Source: a candidate division FCPU426 bacterium
Lineage (GTDB): Bacteria; Oederibacteriota; Muellerivitia; Muellerivitales; Muellerivitaceae
Length of the DNA stretch: 64,000 bases
Assembly (NCBI GenBank): GCA_963830915.1
Contig: CAWHOE010000027.1
Location: 62,589 to 126,588 of the forward strand
Reading direction: 5' to 3'
Position numbers and translations under genes: made by a program. Below the pieces are notes generated by a model. It worked only from the letters and a program-made list of their open reading frames with translations, searched no databases and was not told the DNA's origin. Numbering within the stretch: position 1 is the first letter of the stretch; every line of letters begins with the position of its first letter. Positions 8,718-18,648 of the stretch are shown piece by piece.

Positions 8718-8793
8718 TGGAGCTGGGGACCGGGATTGAACCGGCGACCTGCTGTTTACGAAACAGCTGCTCTACCAGCTGAGCTACCCCAGC
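8718..8793 (-). tRNA. tRNA-Thr (anticodon CGU), CCA encoded
   Basis: Reverse complement GCTGGGGTAGCTCAGCTGGTAGAGCAGCTGTTTCGTAAACAGCAGGTCGCCGGTTCAATCCCGGTCCCCAGCTCCA folds as a cloverleaf: 7-bp acceptor stem, GCTC/GAGC D stem, GCTGT/ACAGC anticodon stem, loop TTCGTAA, TTCAATC T loop. Confidence 0.9.
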
Positions 8794-9003
8794 GTCGAAC
8801 CCACAAGGTGAGACGCACGAATTAGGAGTACTAATTTCGATTAGAAATTAGTGCCCCAGCACCGAATCAATCAGACGAGGGCATGTTTTGGGTGTCCCAA
8901 GTTTAATCAAAACTTGGGACCCTAGCACCGAGGTCACAAACCGAGGTGCGAATTCGGGAGTGCCAATTTCAATTAGAAATTGGTACCCCAGCGTCGAACC
9001 CAC
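8785..9003. repeat. tandem array of three ~65-bp units (variable hairpin + copy of the tRNA-Thr 5' end and leader)
   Basis: Hairpins at 8830-8852, 8895-8919 and 8963-8983, each followed by (c)CCCAGC(a/g)(c/t)CGA. 20/20 direct repeat taccccagcgtcgaacccac at 8785-8804 and 8984-9003. Confidence 0.75.
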
Positions 9004-9071
9004 GCAGACCGAAAGTTTACCTAATCATACCGACTTCTGGCAGTTTTTTTGATCGACCTGCTAAAAAATGA

Positions 9072-9102
9072 ATCCCCGAGTTCTCAAGGAAAACCCGGGG
9101 AT
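9072..9102 (-). terminator. possible intrinsic terminator after the 9126-10238 gene
   Basis: Stem atccccg/cggggat with a 17-nt loop, followed on the minus strand by tcaTTTTTT. Confidence 0.4.
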
Positions 9103-9125
9103 CCTTTGATCATCAAGCTTTCAGA

Positions 9126-10238
9126 TTACTTAGCGACGACCTTATCGACCGCGAATACGAACTTACCCACGGTTTTCGGCTGGATGTTGAAGGTTTTCAC
9201 CAGGCTGAAATCCTGAGCGGCGCCCTTCACCGCGTCCGGCGGGGTGTAATAAGGATCCAACTTGAAGGAATCCAGTGAAACAGTGATGTTCTCCCACTTT
9301 CCGCCGCCCTTGGTGGAAGGAGCTTCCGCCACATATTGGTTGTTGTTCTTGTCCTTCAAGGCCAACCCGAGGACTACCGGATCCTTGGAGAAAACCGTCA
9401 GGGTGAGATTCTTGGCTCCCACCAGACTGATCCCGTCCCAGGTTTGCCCGGCCCGGCACCACATGCCGCAATAGCCGCCGTTGACATAGTTATAGGTCAC
9501 GAAGAGATATTTTTTCTTCGGCCCGGTCTTGAAACTGACCACATAAGAAGAACCATTGCTGTCCTGGAAAGTTCCATAGGTTTTCGGATCATCGGTTGAA
9601 AAGTCGGAAACGACGACCGCGCTTCCGTTAGAAACGGCCGGAGCCGCCGCCGCGGGGGCCGCGGACGCACCCGCGCTGGCATTCGCCGCGCCGCCACCCT
9701 TATCGGAAGAAATAGGTCCGACCTCGATGACCGCCGCTCCCACGATGTGGGAGGCCAGGTTCATGCCCGTGGTCTTGCTCAGGTCCATGGGATGTCCCGT
9801 GACCGCGTCAGAGGGAGTGTAATAAGGGTCCTTGATGAAGGATGAGACAGCGATGGTGACCGGCGCCCAATCCCCAGCCGCAACCTGGAAGTTGGAGATA
9901 TATTGCATGTTATAAGCGTCCTTCAAAGCCATCTGCATCTCGCCCGCGACCGTTGACTTGGCCATGAAGACCAGGTTGCCGGCTTGGGACAGATCGGTGG
10001 AGATGTTGTGCCAGATCCCAACGTATCCGCCTTGGGCCAGGGTGACGGTCAGCTTGATGGCCTTGGCTCCGCTAGGCCCAGCGTCCGTGGCGAAATCGAT
10101 CTTCGAACCGGTGGAATCGGCGTAGGTTCCGGTGTTGGTGCTAGGTACGACATTGGACCAGTCCTCGATGACTCCCGCCCAAGCGCTCGAAACCTGCAAC
10201 GCGAGGGAGATGAGCGCGCATCCTAAAAACTTTTTCAT
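9126..10238 (-). CDS. secreted protein with two tandem carbohydrate-binding-module-like domains
   Basis: Signal peptide MKKFLGCALISLALQVSSAWA. Two ~150-aa repeats both end ...(F/S)(I/F)K(D/L)DPYYTP(S/P)DAV.G, separated by an Ala/Gly-rich linker. The CBM/CIA30-like assignment is only a resemblance. Confidence 0.7.
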   Translation of the reverse strand: MKKFLGCALISLALQVSSAWAGVIEDWSNVVPSTNTGTYADSTGSKIDFATDAGPSGAKAIKLTVTLAQGGYVGIWHNISTDLSQAGNLVFMAKSTVAGEMQMALKDAYNMQYISNFQVAAGDWAPVTIAVSSFIKDPYYTPSDAVTGHPMDLSKTTGMNLASHIVGAAVIEVGPISSDKGGGAANASAGASAAPAAAAPAVSNGSAVVVSDFSTDDPKTYGTFQDSNGSSYVVSFKTGPKKKYLFVTYNYVNGGYCGMWCRAGQTWDGISLVGAKNLTLTVFSKDPVVLGLALKDKNNNQYVAEAPSTKGGGKWENITVSLDSFKLDPYYTPPDAVKGAAQDFSLVKTFNIQPKTVGKFVFAVDKVVAK

Positions 10239-10268
10239 CCTAGACTCCTTTAAAATAATTCAAGATCC

Positions 10269-10451
10269 TTACAACGTATCTTCGATCAAACCCAAACAGA
10301 TCAGCTCGATGACCACCATGACCGTCGCTTCCACGATATAACTCATGATCGGTGGACGACCGTTCCCAAATACGAAGTTGATCATGGCGATGAAAGAGTA
10401 GTTCCCGAACCACAACACGAACGCTAACCGTTGCAAACTAAAGTTTTTCAT
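10269..10451 (-). CDS. possible small two-helix membrane protein
   Basis: 60-aa ORF with two hydrophobic segments and a weak GGGGA RBS 7 nt upstream. No homology recognised. Confidence 0.3.
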   Translation of the reverse strand: MKNFSLQRLAFVLWFGNYSFIAMINFVFGNGRPPIMSYIVEATVMVVIELICLGLIEDTL

Positions 10452-10479
10452 GACAATTCCCCGCTCGTTCCATGAAAGT

Positions 10480-11088
10480 TCAAAAGGCGGCTACTGATTT
10501 TAAACTAGACTTCAAAATATCTTCAACAGTTGATTTCTCGCCCAGGGCTTGAGCCGCCGTCAGGACCGCCCTCCGGGACTCAGCGGCCGAGTAACCCAGC
10601 GCCATCATGGCCTGGATCGCGTCCCCAATGCTCCTGGTTTCGGCGCCGAGAACGCTTTCTTCGGACAGAGCGGCCCCACCCACTAATTTTGTTACCTTAT
10701 CTTTTAATTCCAGCACCAGATGCTGGGCGGTTTTCTGGCCGATCCCCGGGATGGTTTTCAGGGTGACCAGATCGTTCCTTAGGACCGCCTCATAGAATGC
10801 CTCCGGCGAATGGGTGGAAAGGATGTTCATGGCCGCCTTGGGACCCACTCCCGAAACGGATAAAGCCAACAGGAACGCCTGCTTTTCCGATTCCTTAATG
10901 AACCCGAACAACTGCATCAGATCTTCCCGGACATGGAGGTAGGTCTTGAGCAGGACCGTCTTACCAACGGGCGGAAGGCCTTGGAGCGTCCGCTGAGAAA
11001 CCGTCACCTCGTATCCCACCCCGTTCACATCGATCTCCAAACGGTCGGGATGCTTGGCGGTCATTACTCCCTGCAAAAAAGCGATCAT
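10480..11088 (-). CDS. ruvA: Holliday junction DNA helicase subunit RuvA
   Basis: MIAFLQG...VNGVGYEV...LLKTYLHVREDLMQLFGF...GVGPK.A..IL is canonical RuvA. Confidence 0.9.
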   Translation of the reverse strand: MIAFLQGVMTAKHPDRLEIDVNGVGYEVTVSQRTLQGLPPVGKTVLLKTYLHVREDLMQLFGFIKESEKQAFLLALSVSGVGPKAAMNILSTHSPEAFYEAVLRNDLVTLKTIPGIGQKTAQHLVLELKDKVTKLVGGAALSEESVLGAETRSIGDAIQAMMALGYSAAESRRAVLTAAQALGEKSTVEDILKSSLKSVAAF

Positions 11089-11139
11089 TTTCTCTCCAAA
11101 CGGCTACGGGGCTGAAAGGCCTACCGAAAACTTTCCCCG

Positions 11140-11709
11140 CTAATCTTCCAGGAAATTCAGGTGAACCAGGATATGCAGCAGCTCCTCGACCTGGGTCAAG
11201 GCGGGCGCCTCTTTGTTCTGGGTCGCTGCGTACCAGAAGGAGATCACGTTTTGGTCCAGCCAGATGCCTTTGGACTCAAAATCCTCATCGATGACCAGGG
11301 CTTTGTAATAATGCTCGTCCAGTTCGTTATCCGTGATCGGGCTCTTGAGGCCCGAGGCCCTCAACTTGATGTGTTCCTTGGCCTGGTTGAAGTATTTCTG
11401 GTCCTCATCAGCCAAGTTCTCGAAAACCACCTGGGCCGCTTCCCGATCGATGGCCTCGATTACGGCTTTATCGATCCAGACCCCCATGCTTTCCTCGTCC
11501 CAGAGGTACTGGTGTCCCTGGTGCTCCAGGAGGGTCATGGGCTGACTGCTGTCAGGACTGAGTTTTTCGGTCTTGCCCTTGTTCTCGGTGTCCCTAAGAT
11601 AATCCTCGGGAGTGACATTGAATTTCTCGTCGACCGGATATCCGCATTCCGAACAGTACCTGGCGTTCTCGAATAGTTTGTTTCGGCAGTTCTTGCATTT
11701 CATGGACAT
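11140..11709 (-). CDS. zinc-ribbon protein with two degenerate GxW(I/L)D repeats
   Basis: MSMKCKNCRNKLFENARYCSECGYPV (CxxC...CxxC). Later GVWIDKAVIEAI and GIWLDQNVISFW resemble cysteine-less zf-TFIIB-like units. AGGAG RBS 5 nt before ATG 11709. The tracked ORF start (11796) overlaps ruvC. Confidence 0.65.
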   Translation of the reverse strand: MSMKCKNCRNKLFENARYCSECGYPVDEKFNVTPEDYLRDTENKGKTEKLSPDSSQPMTLLEHQGHQYLWDEESMGVWIDKAVIEAIDREAAQVVFENLADEDQKYFNQAKEHIKLRASGLKSPITDNELDEHYYKALVIDEDFESKGIWLDQNVISFWYAATQNKEAPALTQVEELLHILVHLNFLED

Positions 11710-11723
11710 AATGCTCCTATTCT

Positions 11724-12287
11724 TTAGTGAGGCGGGAATCCCAAGGGACTCCGAGAAAGCCTCTTCACCAACTCCGACAACCGGGTGCCCGAACATTGAA
11801 CATGGGTGATGGCAATCGCCAGCGCATCCGCCGTGTCGTCAGGCCTGGGGATCTCTGCGAGCCCCAGTAACAACTTGACCATCTTTTGCACTTGAGTCTT
11901 ATCGGCGGCGCCGAACCCGGCGACCGCCTGTTTCACTTCCATCGGACGATACTCGAAAACCGGCAACCCCTCCAACCCGCAAACCGTCATAGCCACACCC
12001 CGGGCCTGCCCCACCACGATGGCGGTCTTGACGTTGCGTGAGAAGAACAGATCCTCCACAGCCACGGCCTGGGGCTTGACCTTTTTTATTATCTTTTGCA
12101 GGTCCCTGAACAGGGACGCCAGCCTCTTTTCGAGTGGGTCCTTGGAGGACGTGGTCAGGGTCCCGTATTCCAGGGCTTTCATCTGATTTCCCTGCTGAAG
12201 CACTGCGCCGTAACCCATCCGGGCCAGTCCCGGATCGATCCCCAACACGACCGTTTGGCCGGACCGGGGGAGAGGCTTATTTTTCAA
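11724..12287 (-). CDS. ruvC: crossover junction endodeoxyribonuclease RuvC
   Basis: VVLGIDPGLARMGYGAV...AVEDLFF..N...A...GQARGV...are RuvC motifs. Start uncertain (TTG 12287 or GTG 12248). The upstream ATGs would overlap yebC by ~90 nt. Confidence 0.85.
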   Translation of the reverse strand: MKNKPLPRSGQTVVLGIDPGLARMGYGAVLQQGNQMKALEYGTLTTSSKDPLEKRLASLFRDLQKIIKKVKPQAVAVEDLFFSRNVKTAIVVGQARGVAMTVCGLEGLPVFEYRPMEVKQAVAGFGAADKTQVQKMVKLLLGLAEIPRPDDTADALAIAITHVQCSGTRLSELVKRLSRSPLGFPPH

Positions 12288-13029
12288 GCTTAGCCATGAT
12301 TTCTTCACTGATGTCGAAATTCGCGTAAACGTTCTGGACATCCTCGTACTCGTCCAAAGCGTCATAAAGCTTCAATAAGGATTCGGCCTTTCTCTCATCC
12401 AAGGGGACGGTGGTCTTGGGGATCATGGTGACCTCACCACTTTCGGTGGCGATCTTTTTATCTTCCAGGGCCTTTTTGACCTTATCGAAAGTGGCGTCCG
12501 GGGCGGTCACCACCTCATAAACATCCGCCTTGTCGGTTTTCAAATCCTCCGCGCCCGCGTCCAGCACCAATCCCATCAGGTCATCCTCGCCGATGGCGCT
12601 TTTCTTGACCGTGATCAGGCCTTTTTTATCGAATAGGAACGAGACCGATCCCGATTCCGCCATGTTCCCGTTGTATTTGGAGAAGATGGAACGGATATCG
12701 GCTGCCGTACGGTTCTTGTTGTCCGTGACCACTTCTACCAGGATGGCCACACCGGCTGGGCCGTAACCCTCGTATAAGAACTCCTCGATCGCCGCACCAG
12801 CCTCGGCTCCCGTCCCTTTGTTGATGGCCCGCTTGATGGTATCGGCGGGCATGCTGACTTCCTTGGCTTTCATCAGGATGGTGCGCAGGCGCAAGTTGGT
12901 GTCCGGGTCTCCCCCGTTCTTGGCGGCCAGTTGGATTTCCTTCGAAAGGCGGGAAAATACCTGCCCCCTTTTCTGATCCAGCGCGCCCTTATACCTTTTG
13001 ACCTTGGCCCATTTGCTATGTCCGCTCAT
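12277..13029 (-). CDS. yebC: YebC/PmpR family transcriptional regulator
   Basis: MSGHSKWAKVKRYKGALDQKRG...YEGYGPAGVAILVE...TDN.NRTA is the family signature. Start at ATG 13029, not the tracked 13200. Confidence 0.9.
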   Translation of the reverse strand: MSGHSKWAKVKRYKGALDQKRGQVFSRLSKEIQLAAKNGGDPDTNLRLRTILMKAKEVSMPADTIKRAINKGTGAEAGAAIEEFLYEGYGPAGVAILVEVVTDNKNRTAADIRSIFSKYNGNMAESGSVSFLFDKKGLITVKKSAIGEDDLMGLVLDAGAEDLKTDKADVYEVVTAPDATFDKVKKALEDKKIATESGEVTMIPKTTVPLDERKAESLLKLYDALDEYEDVQNVYANFDISEEIMAKLEK

Positions 13030-13282
13030 CGTTCGACCTCTTGATGTTTCATTAAAAATAAATCCATAAAACCAGAAAAATTTCCATTGTCCCGTTCTTT
13101 CGGGCAATGGGACCGGAGAAAACGATGGAAAAATATGGGTTTCCCCGAGAAAAAAAAGCCCTAAAACGACAAAAGGCCGCTTTCTGGAAGAACGACTCAA
13201 GAAAGCGAACCTTTGTTGGTCAAAATTATACTGACCGACTTATAAGAAGGCTACTAAAAACCGGGGTTAAATCCCTGTTGCT

Positions 13283-15046
13283 TCAAGGCGTTTTGGATGA
13301 ATCCGAGGAATTTTCATGGTGTTTATCCGGAGGTAGCGAACTGGCTAAAAGCAGGACCAAGGGAGCGTTCCAATTGATGGCCACCTCATTGGAGGAATAG
13401 GAACCCTGAACGTCCACATAAGACCTGGCTGGGGGTCCTTTGGGTATTTGCCGAAGGGCCGGATCCCCAGGGTATTGGTTGGGTCCGCCAGCCAACAAGC
13501 CAGGCCAGGGCTGGGACAATCCAAGGGCCGCCGTGGGCCTATGATGGGGATGAAGGACCGAGTGACTCCCCAACTGGGTAACGAAGCAAAGGCCAAAAGC
13601 GTTCCTTCCGAACAGATAGTGAAGGTTCTCCAAGGCTGTGGAGACATAATCCCGGCTCGGTTTCATGCGTTCCGCGGCCAGGAGAAGAACTCCGAAATTG
13701 GCGGCCACGGCGTTGGAACCCCATATGTAATTGGCCGACCGCAGGCTATGGTGATAACCGGTCAGATGGGAGGCCTTGACCACGCTGTCAGCGGCTTTCA
13801 AGGTTTGATCCTCGATATCGACGATCGTTCCCCCATCCGCTTCTTCCCTATTGGAAAAATAATAGTCCCACAAACCCAGGTTAGAAACCGTCCCCCAGGA
13901 CTGGGGCCAAAGATCCGAGACCGGATACTTTTGATAGTGGGTCACGAAATATTTGTTATATTCCCCCTTGCCTGTAAGACGGAACAACTCGGCCGCGGCC
14001 CAAAGGATCTCATCCCCGCAATCACCGTCTCCATAACCTCCCGTTCCCACGCCTGAGGGATTGGAAAAGGTCACGTTCGGATGGGCGATCAACCATGGCC
14101 AGGCTTTTTCCGCGGCCTTTCGACATTCCTCCGCGTATTGGGGCAGGAAAGGCCGATAGATCCGAGACGCCATGGCCATGACAGCCGCGAAATCCCCGGT
14201 GGCTCCTGTGCTTTTGTAAGGATCCTTTCCCGTGCCGATGATGTATCGCGTTCCCCCATCGTCCTTTTCCGGGGCGACAAACCCACAGAATTTTTCCGTG
14301 GTCAGTTTGTGCCAAACCCCGCCATCCGAATCCTGCATGGTCAGCATCCAATCCAGGTTCCACTTGATCTCGTTGAGAATGTCAGGAATGCCATTGCCCG
14401 ACTCCGGCAAATCCAGACGGATGGCCCCCACTTTTTCCGGGAACCATTCATAAGCCCAAAGCAGGGTGCCGCACGAAATACCGGAGTTGACCATATACTT
14501 GCCGTAATCGCCCGCGTCATGCCAACCCTTGGTGGCGTTCTTGGAACCCGTTTTGCCTGAGGATGGATGGAAAGCCCCGTCTTGGGTATGACAGGCGTTG
14601 TGGTGATATTGGGGGAATCGTGGACCCAGATCTACCGGGATCCCACATCTTTGACCGTAATAGGACCTCATACACAGATAGTAGGCATCGGAGTAAACAT
14701 CGTGAGTGATCTTGAATGGAAAACTGTAACCGGCCCCAGGCACGGTGATAAAAAACTCTCCCGTCTCTTGGAGCGAAGAAAAATCGGCTTCCCGCAAAGA
14801 ATCCCCGGAATCAGGATCATCCATTACCGGGCCTAACTTTCCTTTGAAGACAACTTTCTTGTCGGAAGTCCGGAGGACCTGGAAAGTTCCTTTGGCCTTG
14901 GGCGAGGAGATGAAAGCGCTTTTGGGTTGGTCGGGAAGGTATCCCACCTGGTCCACTTTGATCTCCAGGCTGGGTTCAGCGGAAACCCTGACCGTCCACA
15001 GGACCATCAGGATCAAAAACACGACCGATACTTTTTTCAAGAACAC
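13283..15046 (-). CDS. glycoside hydrolase family 9 endoglucanase with an N-terminal Ig-like (CelD_N) domain
   Basis: Signal peptide; VDQVGYLPDQPK (CelD_N); GWHDAGDYGKY and DEILWAAAEL; C-terminal YSSNEVAINWNAPLV (GH9 signatures). Confidence 0.85.
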   Translation of the reverse strand: MFLKKVSVVFLILMVLWTVRVSAEPSLEIKVDQVGYLPDQPKSAFISSPKAKGTFQVLRTSDKKVVFKGKLGPVMDDPDSGDSLREADFSSLQETGEFFITVPGAGYSFPFKITHDVYSDAYYLCMRSYYGQRCGIPVDLGPRFPQYHHNACHTQDGAFHPSSGKTGSKNATKGWHDAGDYGKYMVNSGISCGTLLWAYEWFPEKVGAIRLDLPESGNGIPDILNEIKWNLDWMLTMQDSDGGVWHKLTTEKFCGFVAPEKDDGGTRYIIGTGKDPYKSTGATGDFAAVMAMASRIYRPFLPQYAEECRKAAEKAWPWLIAHPNVTFSNPSGVGTGGYGDGDCGDEILWAAAELFRLTGKGEYNKYFVTHYQKYPVSDLWPQSWGTVSNLGLWDYYFSNREEADGGTIVDIEDQTLKAADSVVKASHLTGYHHSLRSANYIWGSNAVAANFGVLLLAAERMKPSRDYVSTALENLHYLFGRNAFGLCFVTQLGSHSVLHPHHRPTAALGLSQPWPGLLAGGPNQYPGDPALRQIPKGPPARSYVDVQGSYSSNEVAINWNAPLVLLLASSLPPDKHHENSSDSSKTP

Positions 15047-15053
15047 CTTTGGA

Positions 15054-16295
15054 TCATGAAATGACCTTCAAAAAAACCTTACCGGAACGAATGAGTCCCG
15101 TCTCGCCCGCGCCGACCCGGATGATCTCATTGAAGGACACGATCTTCCGTTTTTCCTGTTTGGCGTCCACCCATTCCACCGCGCCCTGTTCGATCAAACG
15201 TTTGGCGTCGCTCTTGGTCTTGGTCACCCCGATGGACACCATAAAATCCGCCGCTTTATGGTCTCCAGGCGCGACCCGGACCTTTTTATAGTCCACCGTT
15301 TGGTCCATTTGGTGGCGGTTCTCGAAATAATCCCAGGCATCCTGGGCCTGGGTCCCATCGTAGAACCTCTTGGTGATCTCCATGGCCAATTCCTGCTTGG
15401 CCTGTTTGGGATGGAATTTGCCTTGAGCCACCTGATCCTTTCTATCCTTCCACGCTTGGGTGGACAGATCGGACAGGAGTTCGTAGTACCTCCACATGAG
15501 TTCATCCGAAACACTCATGAGTTTGGCGAACATTTCATTGGGAGTGTCCGTCACTCCCACGTAATTGCCCAGGCTCTTGGACATCTTTTTGACCCCATCC
15601 AATCCCTCAAGTAATGGCATGGCCAGGATGGATTGGGGCTTTTGACCCACCTCTTCCTGCAGGGCCCGACCGACCAGGCAGTTGAACTTTTGATCCGTCC
15701 CGCACATCTCCACATCGGACTGCAAGACCACCGAATCATAGCCCTGGATCAGTGGATAAAGGAGTTCGTGCAGGCTGATGGGTCTTTGTTCCTTCATGCG
15801 GTTGGTGAAATCGTCCCTCTCCAGGATACGGGCGACCGTATAGCGGGAAGCCAGACGAATCACATCCTCAAAGGACATGGGTCTGCACCATTCGCTGTTG
15901 TAACGGATCTCGATCTTCTGCGGATCCTTATCCAGGACCCGGAAAACCTGTTCCATATAAGTCTTGGCGTTGGCTTCCACTTCTTCCCGGGTGAGGGGTT
16001 TGCGCATGACCGATTTGCCGGTCGGGTCCCCGATCATGGCGGTGAAATCACCGATCAAGAATTGGACCTTGTGTCCCAGGTCCTGGAATTTCCGCAGTTT
16101 CCGCAAGACCACTGTATGACCCAGGTGGATGTCGGGGGCGGAAGGATCGGCGCCCCATTTCACCTTCAATGGCCGTCCCTCTTGATAGGACGTTTTTAGG
16201 TTTTCCAATAGCTCCGCCTTGGAGATGACCTCGGAGGCCCCTTGGAGCAATTCTTCAAGTTGTTCTTCCGGCTTCTTGGAAAAGGTGATTTTCAT
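15054..16295 (-). CDS. tyrS: tyrosine--tRNA ligase (with C-terminal S4-like domain)
   Basis: HLGH (HIGH motif), KMSKS, Y..IQGYD. Start probably ATG 16295 (MKITF...). Confidence 0.9.
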   Translation of the reverse strand: MKITFSKKPEEQLEELLQGASEVISKAELLENLKTSYQEGRPLKVKWGADPSAPDIHLGHTVVLRKLRKFQDLGHKVQFLIGDFTAMIGDPTGKSVMRKPLTREEVEANAKTYMEQVFRVLDKDPQKIEIRYNSEWCRPMSFEDVIRLASRYTVARILERDDFTNRMKEQRPISLHELLYPLIQGYDSVVLQSDVEMCGTDQKFNCLVGRALQEEVGQKPQSILAMPLLEGLDGVKKMSKSLGNYVGVTDTPNEMFAKLMSVSDELMWRYYELLSDLSTQAWKDRKDQVAQGKFHPKQAKQELAMEITKRFYDGTQAQDAWDYFENRHQMDQTVDYKKVRVAPGDHKAADFMVSIGVTKTKSDAKRLIEQGAVEWVDAKQEKRKIVSFNEIIRVGAGETGLIRSGKVFLKVIS

Positions 16296-16420
16296 GGGCC
16301 ACATCATAACAAAGGAAGACGGAACGGGCTGTTGAAAAATGCCTCCCCTGCTATAATGAACGGCTTGCGGCTGGAAAACCCCTTTCAGGCGGTGCCGCGA
16401 TCAAGAACAAAGGATCCCTC

Positions 16421-18631
16421 TTGCCGATTGAAAAATCAAAACGACCCAATTCTTCCCTTCTGAAGACCCTCTTCGCCCTCGCCTTCGCGGTGGTCGGCGT
16501 ACTGATGGGAGTGCTCTATGCCCAGCTCCAGGAACTTCCCGACATCACCAACCTGAACGAGTTCAAACCCTCGCAGGCCACCAAGATCTACGATATGAAC
16601 GGCGAGTTGGTTAGCCAATTATGGTTGGAACAGCGGACGATCGTTCCCCTGGAAAAGATCCCCGTGACCCTCCAGAACGCCGTCATTGCCATTGAGGACC
16701 AGCGTTTCTATGAGCACTGGGGCATCGACCCTATCGGCGTCATCCGGGCATTCGTGGTGAACGTGACCGCCGGAGGTGTCCGCCAGGGCGCTAGCACCTT
16801 GACCGAGCAGCTGGCCAAGAACCTTTTCCTCACCCGGGAGAGGACGCTGACCCGAAGGGTCCGGGAAGCCCTGCTTTCCCTGCAGATCGAGAGGAATTAC
16901 TCGAAGAAACAGATCCTGGAAATGTACTTGAACGAGATCTATTTCGGTGCCGGCGCCTATGGTGTGGAATCGGCAGCCCGGACCTATTTTGGTAAACATG
17001 TGGAAGAACTTTCCCTTCCCGAGTGTGCGCTACTGGCAGGTCTGCCCAAGTCCCCCACCAACTTCGATCCCTACAAGAATCCCCTGGAAGCGTTGAAACG
17101 GCGCAATACGGTCCTGACCGAAATGGTGAACGCCTCTTTCATCACCGCCCAAGAAGCCACCGAGGCAAAGAACACCCCTGTTGAACTCAAGAAGATCGAG
17201 GTCCAGAACGCCCCTTATTTCGTGGAATATATCCGCCAGCAATTGGAAGCTCGGTACGGTTCCAACGCTGTCTATAAGGGCGGCCTGTCCGTCTATACCA
17301 CCCTGGACCTGAAACTTCAAGAAGCGGCTCAGAGGGCCCTGGCCAAAGGCATCGAGAATGCCGAGATCGTTGCCCGCAAGAACCGTCTGACCAATATCCC
17401 TGTGGACCAGCCCATCCAGGGGGCCCTTCTGGCCATGGATCCCCACACGGGCGCCATCCGGTCCATGATCGGCGGGATCGACTACCGCAAGAGTGTTTTC
17501 AACCGTGCCATCCAGGCAAAACGCCAGCCAGGATCCGCCTTCAAACCCATCATTTACGCGGCCGCCATTGAGAATGGCTACACCATGGCGGATGTATTCC
17601 TAGACTCGCCAGTGGTCTATCCCGACCCCACCACGGGCAAGCCGTGGCGCCCGGTCAACTTCTCGGAGAAATTCAGGGGCCCCACCACCCTGCATACGGC
17701 CTTGATGTACTCCATCAATGTGGTCACCATCAAACTCCTGGAAAAACTTGGCATCCAGCCCGTGGTCAGCATGGCCAGGCGCCTGGGGATCACAACCCCC
17801 ATCAAACCCAACCTTTCCCTGGGGTTGGGAACTTCCGAGGTCTTCCTGGAAGAAATGGTACAAGCCTTCTCCGTATTCGCTAACCAAGGTATACGGGTAG
17901 AGCCATTTGGCATCGTGACGGTCAAGGACAATTCAGGCAAGATTTTGGAAAGTAACACCCCGACTGGGCAGCAAGTATTGGACGCCAAGACAGCCTACAT
18001 CATGGTAAATACCATGAAGGACGTCATCGACCACGGGACCGGACGCATCATCCGCCGCCTCGGATTCACTTATCCGGCGGCGGGAAAGACCGGGACCACC
18101 AATGACAACGTGGACGCCTGGTTCATTGGATTCACTCCGGACCTGACCTGCGGGGTCTGGGTGGGCTATGACGAGCGCCAGAGCCTGGGCCGCAAGCAGA
18201 CCGGCGGTGAGGCGGCCGCCCCGATCTGGGCCGAGTTCATGAAAGCCGCGACCGCGGGGAAACCGCCAGTGGATTTCGGATCACCGAGAGGTTCGGATAG
18301 TGATTTCGTGAAAAAGAAGATCTGCCTGGACTCTGGGTTGTTGGCCACACAATATTGTACCAATACAAGGGATGAGGTCTTCAAAAAGGAAACGGCCCCC
18401 ACGAAATTCTGCACCCTGCATCATGGTAATGGGGCCAGTGCCACTGGTGTCGACGACACTTCGGGAGGTAATCCCCAGCCAGGCGGTGATATCTTGGAGA
18501 TGGAAGCCCAACCTGTCACCCAAGCCGCCCCCGTGACCGTGGCCACACCAGGGGAAGCGGAAGAAACAACAGAAACGGAACCGAAGAAACCCAGTAGCGA
18601 TAAGGAAAGTTACCCCGACGAAGGGTTTTAA
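16421..18631 (+). CDS. mrcA: bifunctional class A penicillin-binding protein (PBP1A family)
   Basis: N-terminal TM helix; glycosyltransferase motif EDQRFYEHWGID; transpeptidase motifs SAFKP, SIN, KTGTT; Pro/Thr/Glu-rich tail. TTG start. Confidence 0.9.
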   Translation: MPIEKSKRPNSSLLKTLFALAFAVVGVLMGVLYAQLQELPDITNLNEFKPSQATKIYDMNGELVSQLWLEQRTIVPLEKIPVTLQNAVIAIEDQRFYEHWGIDPIGVIRAFVVNVTAGGVRQGASTLTEQLAKNLFLTRERTLTRRVREALLSLQIERNYSKKQILEMYLNEIYFGAGAYGVESAARTYFGKHVEELSLPECALLAGLPKSPTNFDPYKNPLEALKRRNTVLTEMVNASFITAQEATEAKNTPVELKKIEVQNAPYFVEYIRQQLEARYGSNAVYKGGLSVYTTLDLKLQEAAQRALAKGIENAEIVARKNRLTNIPVDQPIQGALLAMDPHTGAIRSMIGGIDYRKSVFNRAIQAKRQPGSAFKPIIYAAAIENGYTMADVFLDSPVVYPDPTTGKPWRPVNFSEKFRGPTTLHTALMYSINVVTIKLLEKLGIQPVVSMARRLGITTPIKPNLSLGLGTSEVFLEEMVQAFSVFANQGIRVEPFGIVTVKDNSGKILESNTPTGQQVLDAKTAYIMVNTMKDVIDHGTGRIIRRLGFTYPAAGKTGTTNDNVDAWFIGFTPDLTCGVWVGYDERQSLGRKQTGGEAAAPIWAEFMKAATAGKPPVDFGSPRGSDSDFVKKKICLDSGLLATQYCTNTRDEVFKKETAPTKFCTLHHGNGASATGVDDTSGGNPQPGGDILEMEAQPVTQAAPVTVATPGEAEETTETEPKKPSSDKESYPDEGF

Positions 18632-18648
18632 AGAAGTTTTTTTGGATT

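Noticed and set aside
8785-9003. Possible mini-CRISPR array next to the tRNA
   Set aside because: There are only three units, and the constant part is the tRNA 5'-end copy rather than a CRISPR repeat. The variable parts are self-complementary hairpins, not spacers. No cas genes are present in the window.
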